Below, one piece after another: positions 9,005 through 15,974 of a DNA stretch of 17,823 nucleotides (its first letter is position 1; each line of letters begins with the position of its first letter). This stretch comes from Thermoproteus sp. (GTDB lineage: Archaea; Thermoproteota; Thermoprotei; Thermoproteales; Thermoproteaceae). The stretch is from assembly GCA_049976425.1 (NCBI GenBank), contig JBMFIG010000028.1, positions 1-17,823 on the forward strand, given 5' to 3'. The notes under the pieces are model-generated. The model was not told the origin of the DNA and made no database searches. It worked only from the letters and a program-made list of their open reading frames with translations. Made by a program: the position numbers and the translations under genes.

Positions 9005-9014
9005 AAAATATATA
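9005..9014 (+). promoter_or_regulatory. Putative BRE/TATA for moeA-mobB
   Basis: AAAATATATA located 22-31 bp upstream of ATG 9036. Confidence 0.5.
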
Positions 9015-9035
9015 TTGTAAATAGGCTGGAGGCGT

Positions 9036-10268
9036 ATGCGTTATTTAGAGAGGCCGTCGCCTCTCTCCAAGATAACGGATCTTCTGTCCCAGATAAGGCC
9101 TATCGAGGACGTCTTGACCATTCCGACTTGGGACGCCGCAGGATTCGTGGCCGCGAGGGACGTGGTGATGCCGCACGACTATCCGCCGAGGCCTAGAGCC
9201 GCTTACGACGGCTACGCGGTGAACTCGGCGGAGACCCCGGGCGAGTTCGTCGTGGTGGGCTCCATACTGGTGGGCCAGTACAGAGAGGCTAGGGTGGGGC
9301 GCGGCGAGGCGTATTACGTGACTGTAGGCGCCTTCCTCCCCGAGGGGGCAGACGCAGTGGTGCCGGAGGAGGCGGCGAGGAGGGAGGGCGATAGGATCTC
9401 TGTGTCGCGCAAGTACAACGCCTACGACAACGTCGATCCTCCAGGCGCCTACGCCCCCAAGGGCGCCGTCCTCGTCAAGAAGGGCCAAGTGCTCACTGTA
9501 TTCGACGTAGTGGCCCTCCTGGACGTCGGCGTGACCAAGGTGAGGGCGTACAGGAGGCCCAAGATAGCAATCTTCTCCACGGGGGATGAGTTGATAAAGC
9601 CGCCTATAGATCCCGACGAGGCCGCCGAGCTCGTCCTCAGGGGTAAGGTAATCGAGTCGACGGGGTCTCTGGTGGAGTGGTATATCCGCAACTATATGCC
9701 GTACGTCGAGATCGCCGATAGGAGGGTCATGGGCGACGACAGCGAGGCGCTCAAGAAGGCCGTCGAGGAGGCGTTGCAGAAAGTAGACGCGGTGATAATA
9801 ACGGGAGGGGCGGGCCCCAGCGAGATAGACCACTTCTACAAGCTGGGCTTCGCCGGGATTAGGGGCTTCAGAATGAAGCCCGGCCGCCCCACCTCTGTGG
9901 CCGTGGTCAACGGCAAGGTGGTCTTCGGGCTCTCGGGCTATCCCATCAGCGCATTGCACGGCACGATACGCATAGTCGAGCCGGTTATGAGGAAGATGGC
10001 CAACGTGGTTGCGGGGCCCGGCAACGGCTGGGTATACGCCACGCTGGCGGTCGACGTGACGGGCGAGCTGGCGCAGTTCGTGAGGGCGAAGGCGGAGTAC
10101 AAGGACGGCGAGATAGTGGCCACGCCGTTGAAGACGAAACACCACTCGTTCACCGATCCAGACGCGTCCGGCGTGTTGCTGATACCGCCGGGAGGCGCCA
10201 AGAGGGGCGACAAGGTGTTGATGTTGCTGTACAGAGATCCCAGAGATATGGGGAGGTGGTTTGCGTGA
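9036..10268 (+). CDS. moeA: Molybdopterin molybdenum/tungsten insertase MoeA family
   Basis: 410 aa. 'DGYAV', 'GAFLPEGADAVVPEE', 'STGDEL', 'ITGG', 'MKPGRP', 'GLSGYP'. Confidence 0.9.
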   Translation: MRYLERPSPLSKITDLLSQIRPIEDVLTIPTWDAAGFVAARDVVMPHDYPPRPRAAYDGYAVNSAETPGEFVVVGSILVGQYREARVGRGEAYYVTVGAFLPEGADAVVPEEAARREGDRISVSRKYNAYDNVDPPGAYAPKGAVLVKKGQVLTVFDVVALLDVGVTKVRAYRRPKIAIFSTGDELIKPPIDPDEAAELVLRGKVIESTGSLVEWYIRNYMPYVEIADRRVMGDDSEALKKAVEEALQKVDAVIITGGAGPSEIDHFYKLGFAGIRGFRMKPGRPTSVAVVNGKVVFGLSGYPISALHGTIRIVEPVMRKMANVVAGPGNGWVYATLAVDVTGELAQFVRAKAEYKDGEIVATPLKTKHHSFTDPDASGVLLIPPGGAKRGDKVLMLLYRDPRDMGRWFA

Positions 10269-10696
10269 TACAGATAACCGGCAACAAGGACGTGGGGAAG
10301 ACGGCGCTTGCCGAGAGGCTCATATCTATGGCTAGGTCCTTGGGGTATAGGGTGGTTGCCGTCAAACAGAGCCATCACGCCCCCGACGTGCCGGGCAAGG
10401 ACAGCTACAGGATGAGGGTAGCCGGAGCCGACGTGGTAGTCTTGAGAGGCGGCGGCATGTGGGCCGTGTTCTCGGACAGATTATCGCTGTGCCGCATAGA
10501 CTCAGACCTCGTGGTGATAGAGGGCTTTAGGGATGCCAAGCTCGGCTTCAAAATACATATAGGGCCCGATCCGCCGGCGGATGCCGACGTGGTCGTCTCG
10601 CTGGACGACGCGCTGAGGAGGTCGGAGGAGTTCTTGAGGCGGGCTAGATGCGACGTGGACGCAGATGGGTTGCTGGCGTTTTTAGCCGCGCGCTAG
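10265..10696 (+). CDS. mobB: Molybdopterin-guanine dinucleotide biosynthesis protein B
   Basis: P-loop 'GNKDVGKT', 'VKQSHH', 'DVPGKDSYR...AGA', 'VIEGFR'. Start placed at GTG 10265, forming a GTGA overlap with the moeA stop (143 aa). Confidence 0.88.
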   Translation: MIQITGNKDVGKTALAERLISMARSLGYRVVAVKQSHHAPDVPGKDSYRMRVAGADVVVLRGGGMWAVFSDRLSLCRIDSDLVVIEGFRDAKLGFKIHIGPDPPADADVVVSLDDALRRSEEFLRRARCDVDADGLLAFLAAR

Positions 10697-11839
10697 CCTG
10701 GACTCGGCCTGGCCTAGAAGCGCCTTGAACAGGGCCACGGCTACGGCGTATAGCCCCGCCGTTATGAACAACGGGGCGTCTATCATGCCCGAGCCCATGA
10801 GGTATCCCCCTATGGCGGGCCCTACGGCTCTAGGCACGCTGCTGAGCGTGTTCCACAAGCCGAAGACTCTGCCGCGCTCTTCCTGGGGCACCAGATCGTT
10901 TATCAACGCCGACAGCAGGGGATTGGCCATGTTCATCAACGCCGTTCTGGCCACGAAGAGGGATAGGGCGATCTCGGCCGAGCCGACGAAGGGCATCGAG
11001 GCCAACAACGCCGTGGCTAACGACTGCAACACGACTACGGCGTCGACTCTGCTCCGCAACGCCCTAGCTATCAAAGGCGCAGATGCAGCTCCCAGGGCGA
11101 GCGTTAGGTCGGACGCGGCGTAGAAGACCGCGAGGCTTCCCACAGACACGTGGAACTTTATATAGAACCATAGAGAGAATAGAGGTATTATGACCCCGGC
11201 CCCCAACCCTATTAAGGACTCCGGGATCAAGCGCTTGAGCAACCAGTAGGATCTAAGAGTTCTCAGATCGAGCGAGAGCCTGCCCCGCTCCACGGCGGCG
11301 ACGGGCTCCGATAGGGATAGCAAGGCGGCCGATACGGCTATCGCGAGGCTCTCCAGCAGGAAGAGCGTCTGGAAGCCGGGGATGCCCGCGGCGGTTACGG
11401 AGGTCGAGAGGGAACCCAGCGCGGCGAAGAACGAGGAGAGAGATGAGGAGAAGGAAAAGGCCTCGTTGGAGAGGCCTCTAGCCTTGGCGTAGTCGCCGAG
11501 AATTGCGCTGTATACCACTCCCCTGTTCAGCAAACTCGCCGAGATGTAGGACGCCGCAACGACGAGGGGTTTAGCCGTTGCCATTAAGGCAGTGAAAGTG
11601 GCCGAGGCGAACGATAGGGCGTAGTATAGGCGCCTCCTGTCGTATATATCGGCTAGGTAGCCCCACAACAAAGAGCCGGCGGTCATCGCGGCGGTTGAGG
11701 CGCCGTAGACGGCGCCTATCTGCGCTATGTCTAACCCTATCTTGACTAGGTATATCGAGAGGGCCACCTGGTTGACGCCCCATATGAAGCCCGCCAAGGA
11801 GCCGGCCAGTATCAAGCCCCAATAGCTCGCGTTGCGCAC
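10682..11839 (-). CDS. Major facilitator superfamily transporter
   Basis: 385 aa with about 12 hydrophobic segments. MFS motif A 'GYLADIYDRR' and 'VPQEERGRVFG'. Confidence 0.9.
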   Translation of the reverse strand: MRNASYWGLILAGSLAGFIWGVNQVALSIYLVKIGLDIAQIGAVYGASTAAMTAGSLLWGYLADIYDRRRLYYALSFASATFTALMATAKPLVVAASYISASLLNRGVVYSAILGDYAKARGLSNEAFSFSSSLSSFFAALGSLSTSVTAAGIPGFQTLFLLESLAIAVSAALLSLSEPVAAVERGRLSLDLRTLRSYWLLKRLIPESLIGLGAGVIIPLFSLWFYIKFHVSVGSLAVFYAASDLTLALGAASAPLIARALRSRVDAVVVLQSLATALLASMPFVGSAEIALSLFVARTALMNMANPLLSALINDLVPQEERGRVFGLWNTLSSVPRAVGPAIGGYLMGSGMIDAPLFITAGLYAVAVALFKALLGQAESRLARG

Positions 11840-11854
11840 TTGCCTTAGACAAAT

Positions 11855-12556
11855 TTACCGGTTAAATTTATTCCGCACAGAGATCGCGAGCTCCACATCG
11901 TCGCTGGCTATTCCGTCAACCCTCCGAGACCAGAGCTCCTCCATGACCCGCCCGTCGTTTACGGTCCAAGCCACAACTCTGAGGCCCATCCTATGGGCGA
12001 AGTCCACGGCCTTGGAGGTCGCAAGCCTATAGTGGGGGAGCACGAAGTCGAAGCCCAAGCGCCTCGCGTCGGCTATTCTGCCCGGCGGCTTGGCGTATAT
12101 CAAGCCGAGAGGGACGAGGCCCTTAAGCCGGGCCAAGGCCTCTTCGTGGAAGCTTATAACGGCGGCCCACGACGTGGCGCCGACGCGCCTCAAAACATCG
12201 CCTACGAGCTCCACAGCATCCGGATCCTTGACCTCCACGAACACGCCGGCCCTCCCCCCTACGGCCCGCAATGCGTCCTCCAGGGTGGGGATCGGCTCGC
12301 CGCCTATCTTGTGGACGGCTAGCTCCGGCCAACGCGCCTCTTTAACCCTCAGCTCGCCGCCGGGCGTCTTCACCAAGCCGTCGTGGATTACCACCGGCAC
12401 GCCGTCCGCGGTCTTCCACACGTCCATCTCGACTATATCGGCGCCGGCCTCTATAGCCGCCATGAAGGAGGCGATGGTGTTCTCGGGCCTTCTGAGAGGG
12501 AAGCCTCTGTGGCCGATCACGGCTTTCCTCGAAAGCGCCTCGAGGACTCTATGCAC
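11855..12556 (-). CDS. Glycerophosphodiester phosphodiesterase (GDPD/UgpQ family)
   Basis: 233 aa. 'IGHRG', 'PENT', 'EMDV..TADG..VVIHD', 'IPTLED', 'WTVND', 'VDGIASD'. Confidence 0.92.
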   Translation of the reverse strand: MHRVLEALSRKAVIGHRGFPLRRPENTIASFMAAIEAGADIVEMDVWKTADGVPVVIHDGLVKTPGGELRVKEARWPELAVHKIGGEPIPTLEDALRAVGGRAGVFVEVKDPDAVELVGDVLRRVGATSWAAVISFHEEALARLKGLVPLGLIYAKPPGRIADARRLGFDFVLPHYRLATSKAVDFAHRMGLRVVAWTVNDGRVMEELWSRRVDGIASDDVELAISVRNKFNR

Positions 12557-12582
12557 GGAAAAATAGATCTCTATTTTAAAAC

Positions 12583-13089
12583 ATGGTCAAAGTTCTTCTG
12601 ACGGCGGAGGTGGAGATAGGCAGACGCGTAGTCGAGGTCGTCGAGTCGTCGTTCAGAGGCTTGGTAAGGCTAGATGTCGTGGCGGCAGATCTTGGCGACG
12701 TGAAGGCAAGGGCGTATAACAAGGCCAGAGGACAGATAAGGGCAGATCTATTGCTGGATCTGTTGAAGCCAGCGAGGGGATGGAATAGATATGTCTACGT
12801 TGTCGAGGGCGACGGCTACGTGCCGGGCCTCAACTTCGTCTTCGGCGTGGCCCACGGCCATAAGGCCGTCGTGTTCACGGAGCGGCTGAGGTCGGCCGTC
12901 GAGCTCTTCGAGATGAGGCTGGCCAAGGAGATAGTGCACGAGCTGGGCCACACCTTTGGGCTGGGCCACTGCGCAGATCCCAGATGCGTCATGTACTTCA
13001 GCAACACAATTAAGGACACAGACCTTAAGGGGCCCGGCTTCTGCGAGGCCTGCCTCGCCAAGCTCACGCGGGCCTTTTCGGAAATATAG
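12583..13089 (+). CDS. amzA: Archaemetzincin (peptidase family M54, Zn-dependent)
   Basis: 168 aa. 'HELGHTFGLGHC..PRCVM.FS....D...FC..C' gives HExxHxxGxxH plus the Cys4 zinc site; also 'LNFVFG'. Confidence 0.9.
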   Translation: MVKVLLTAEVEIGRRVVEVVESSFRGLVRLDVVAADLGDVKARAYNKARGQIRADLLLDLLKPARGWNRYVYVVEGDGYVPGLNFVFGVAHGHKAVVFTERLRSAVELFEMRLAKEIVHELGHTFGLGHCADPRCVMYFSNTIKDTDLKGPGFCEACLAKLTRAFSEI

Positions 13090-13627
13090 GCGTGCAGATC
13101 CTCCTGCCAGATCTGAGCTCGGCCACAAAACGCTTGTAGACGTCGTAGACGTCGAATATCCACGTGTTCACGCCCTTGATAGGCACGGGCTCCGTCTCTA
13201 GGACCTCCTCTATCTCCTCTCTGGGGAACCTATCGATATAGTAGCAGGGATCCTTAAGCAGGAGCACCCTCCTGTACTCCACCTCGTGTACGTGAGTTAT
13301 AGACGTGCCGGGGGCGGACGTAGCCGACTTTATCAACGGCATTATATCGGCCAGCGATATCTCGTTCCTGAATCCTCTAAATCCCCACTCGGCTACCGTC
13401 GCCTCGAAGTACCCCACCAAGTCGTCTAGATAGGGCCGCCCGTCGTTGTAGTACATCAACACCACGGGGTGGTTAAGCCAGCCCCTCCTGCCGTCGTTTA
13501 GAACGCCCATGCGCCTCAGAAGAGCCATGATGACCTGCTTAGCCTCCACCCTCTGTTTGCCCAGCCGCCTGTTGTCCAGGACCCGGGCAGACTTGGACCA
13601 ATCCACGTAGGGTCTGAAGATCTGCAT
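13064..13627 (-). CDS. Pyrimidine dimer DNA glycosylase / T4 endonuclease V-like family protein
   Basis: 'MQIFRPY...SARVLDNRRLGKQRVEAKQ...GWLNHPVVLMY' matches the MSMEG_6728-like branch of this family. Start placed at ATG 13627 (187 aa) rather than TTG 13630. Confidence 0.75.
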   Translation of the reverse strand: MQIFRPYVDWSKSARVLDNRRLGKQRVEAKQVIMALLRRMGVLNDGRRGWLNHPVVLMYYNDGRPYLDDLVGYFEATVAEWGFRGFRNEISLADIMPLIKSATSAPGTSITHVHEVEYRRVLLLKDPCYYIDRFPREEIEEVLETEPVPIKGVNTWIFDVYDVYKRFVAELRSGRRICTPIFPKRPA

Positions 13628-13720
13628 CAACGGATCGCTGAGCTGTAGGCCGAGGTCCGCCGATAGGCCGTGGCCGGATCGGCGCAGGGCGGTAAGCCCG
13701 GCGCAGACAAGGCCTGTCGG

Positions 13721-14005
13721 CTACTGTGTCTGTCCTTTGTCTTGCTCCTGCATCTGTTTCTCTATCTCCTTCAAGGCTTGCTCCACCTCCCTTTCTATTT
13801 CCTCTATGGGCTTCGGAGGCGGGGTAGTCGCCAGCGCGTAGCCGACCCAGCCCAATATGCCGAACACGGCCGCCACGGCGAGGAACGCAGTGGCCTTTAG
13901 GACCACTATGTCGTACTTGGTCAGAAAGACGAGCCAGGCGTAGACGACGATCACCAACACCGATAGGACCAACAGACCTATGCCGACAGCCTTATCCCTA
14001 TGCAT
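13721..14005 (-). CDS. Small two-TM membrane protein with acidic coiled-coil tail, function unknown
   Basis: 94 aa. Two hydrophobic helices, then 'WVGYALATTPPPKPIEEIEREVE'. GGAGG just upstream of the ATG, and minus-strand TTTAAAAA at 14025-14032. Confidence 0.8.
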   Translation of the reverse strand: MHRDKAVGIGLLVLSVLVIVVYAWLVFLTKYDIVVLKATAFLAVAAVFGILGWVGYALATTPPPKPIEEIEREVEQALKEIEKQMQEQDKGQTQ

Positions 14006-14037
14006 AACCTCCAGTATGGGGTGGTTTTTAAAGATTC

Positions 14038-15237
14038 ATGATATCGGCTAAAATAGGACAGATCGCACCTTACGTGAGGATCGGCGCTGGCAGGTTGCTG
14101 ATCGCGGTGTCGTCGGTGCTGGTCCCCTCAGGCCTAGCCCTACTATACGCCCAAATACGGCTGGCGCACCTCATGGCACCGTTGTTGAACAAGATCGCGG
14201 CTGGGCCCTACGACGGGCTGATGCCATATCTGGCGCTGGCCTCTCTGGGCTCCGGCATGTTCCTAGCGCTGATCCTATCCCTAGAGCTCGCCGCCGGCAA
14301 GATGTTTGGGGTGGGTAGAGGAATCCATTTGATAAAAATCAAGATAGACGGCGCGAAGCCTTACGGCTTCACTACAGGCGGGCTGACGCGGTGGGTGTCC
14401 TTCGTGGTGCTGAGCGGCGGGGAGGATCCCGACTTGGAGAGGTTCGTCGAGCTCCACGAGGAGGCCCACGCGAAGCTCAAACACCCGGCCAAGATATGGG
14501 CAGTGGGCGCCGTCCTTTACGGAGAGATGGCGGCCCTACCGGCGACTTACGCCTCCCTGGGCTCGCTCCCGGCCTACGTCTATGTGTTCTCGGTGGCGTT
14601 GGTGATCTCAACTGTTTACCTGCTCTTCGTCTTGGTGAGGGCTCTGGAGGTGGAGGCTGATATCTACGTCTTTAGGGCCATGGGGCTGAGATCGCACGAC
14701 TTGTTCGTGAAGCTCATGAAGACGCGCTACGGTAGCTGGCGCCAGCCGTTGCGCTCGAGGCTCACCCACACGCAGGGCGAGTTCGTCTTGCTCCTCGGCG
14801 ATCCTATTGCGGCCCACACGCCCTGGGAACACCTGCTCCTATTCTCCCTACTATCTTCGGTTGTGCTTCTGCCGAAGATATCGGCGGAGTTCGCTCCGGC
14901 GTACCAGAACCCAAGCGCCTACTATGTTTTGGTGCTCTTCGCCATACTGATGTTGAACTACTTCCTATCGGTCGCAAGCGAGGCTATATTGAAGAGGCTC
15001 GCTAGGGCCAGGCTTACTGATAGAGGCTATACGAACTTAGCGCGGCTGGCTACAGGCATTTCGTCGACCATGGCGGCCGCGTCGGCTCTGACGCCGTTGC
15101 CGACATCGATAGCCTTGCTCATATTGGGCGCTTTTATATATTATAAGATTATTAATAGATTTATTAATAATATATATTTATTATCGATATATATCATTAT
15201 TATAATTATAATATTTCCTTTATTTGCGTATATGTAA
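14038..15237 (+). CDS. Multi-TM membrane protein, putative M48 (HtpX/Ste24-like) zinc metalloprotease
   Basis: 399 aa. 'PYGFTTG' (cf. PNAFATG), 'HEEAH', two TMs, then 'RALEVEAD' and 'THT' (cf. THP), in M48 order. Start uncertain; GTG 14074 is an alternative. Confidence 0.62.
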   Translation: MISAKIGQIAPYVRIGAGRLLIAVSSVLVPSGLALLYAQIRLAHLMAPLLNKIAAGPYDGLMPYLALASLGSGMFLALILSLELAAGKMFGVGRGIHLIKIKIDGAKPYGFTTGGLTRWVSFVVLSGGEDPDLERFVELHEEAHAKLKHPAKIWAVGAVLYGEMAALPATYASLGSLPAYVYVFSVALVISTVYLLFVLVRALEVEADIYVFRAMGLRSHDLFVKLMKTRYGSWRQPLRSRLTHTQGEFVLLLGDPIAAHTPWEHLLLFSLLSSVVLLPKISAEFAPAYQNPSAYYVLVLFAILMLNYFLSVASEAILKRLARARLTDRGYTNLARLATGISSTMAAASALTPLPTSIALLILGAFIYYKIINRFINNIYLLSIYIIIIIIIFPLFAYM

Positions 15238-15240
15238 TAT
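15131..15240. other. Extreme AT-rich tract (12 G+C in 110 bp)
   Basis: Direct base count. Contains the palindromes TTATTAATAA (15161-15170), GATATATATC (15186-15195) and TATTATAATTATAATA (15198-15213). Confidence 0.9.
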
Positions 15241-15314
15241 TCTAGTGTTCGCGACGGTCACGCCCATAACTGCCATAAGCCGGAGATGCCGATCTCTATC
15301 CTAAAGCGGCTTAG

Positions 15315-15324
15315 CTTATATTTA
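15315..15324 (+). promoter_or_regulatory. Putative TATA box for the RCK-APC operon
   Basis: CTTATATTTA located about 18-27 bp upstream of GTG 15342. Confidence 0.5.
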
Positions 15325-15341
15325 TGCTTTAACGATTCGAC

Positions 15342-15974
15342 GTGGCCAGAAAGGCGCTTGTGCTGGACAGCGGCGACGACTTGACTAAACTCGTCGTGGA
15401 GGCGCTGGCGGATAACGGATATACCATACACCTCATCTCCAACGAATATAGAGGTAAGGAATTCATCAAGTATCCTGTCTATATACATACGATTAAATCG
15501 GAGACGTACGAGGCGCTCGTCGACAGGATCGGCCTCGAGGACGTCGAGACGGCCCTTTTCATCTCCCCCAACGATTCGCTCAATATGTCTCTGGCAAAAC
15601 TGTGCAGATCCAGAGGCGTGCCGCGCGTTATAGTAACGTTGAGGAACCAAGCGGCGGAAGAGGAGGCGGAGAAGTACGGCATAGTGACCGTGAGCGCTTC
15701 GCAGTGTATTCTGGGCAGACTATACAGGTTGCTCAACCTCAAGTATACGAGGATAACCCCCCTCAGAGGCGACTTCGGGCTTCTGGAGATGTTCGTGACC
15801 GCGGATTCCAGACCGCTCGGCCGTAGCTTGGCCGAGATAGAGGAGTCCTACGGCGTTAAGGCGGCCTTGATAAGAAACGACGAGATAATCACGTCGCCAG
15901 ACGCCGTGGCGCAGGAAGGCGACTACCTAATGGCCATGGGGTCTCTAGAGGCCTTAAGGGACCTCTCGTCATGA
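15342..15974 (+). CDS. TrkA-like RCK regulatory protein (RCK_N + RCK_C)
   Basis: 210 aa. Rossmann-like N-domain with 'IGLEDVETALFISPNDSLNMSLAKLCRSRGVPRVIV'; C-domain 'LLEMFVTADSRPLGRSLAEI...IRNDEIITSPDAVAQEGDYLMAMG'. Confidence 0.85.
   Translation: MARKALVLDSGDDLTKLVVEALADNGYTIHLISNEYRGKEFIKYPVYIHTIKSETYEALVDRIGLEDVETALFISPNDSLNMSLAKLCRSRGVPRVIVTLRNQAAEEEAEKYGIVTVSASQCILGRLYRLLNLKYTRITPLRGDFGLLEMFVTADSRPLGRSLAEIEESYGVKAALIRNDEIITSPDAVAQEGDYLMAMGSLEALRDLSS

Noticed and set aside
5182-10145. Long antisense ORFs (5182-6165, 6166-7005, 6183-6941, 7740-8516, 9045-10145) and other shadow ORFs
   Set aside because: They lie opposite well-supported genes, show no recognisable motifs, and are expected from stop-codon scarcity in GC-rich coding DNA.
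13527-13641. Perfect C box ATGATGA on the + strand, antisense to the glycosylase gene
   Set aside because: The nearest CTGA is about 80 nt away, too far for an archaeal C/D sRNA, and the sequence is explained by coding.
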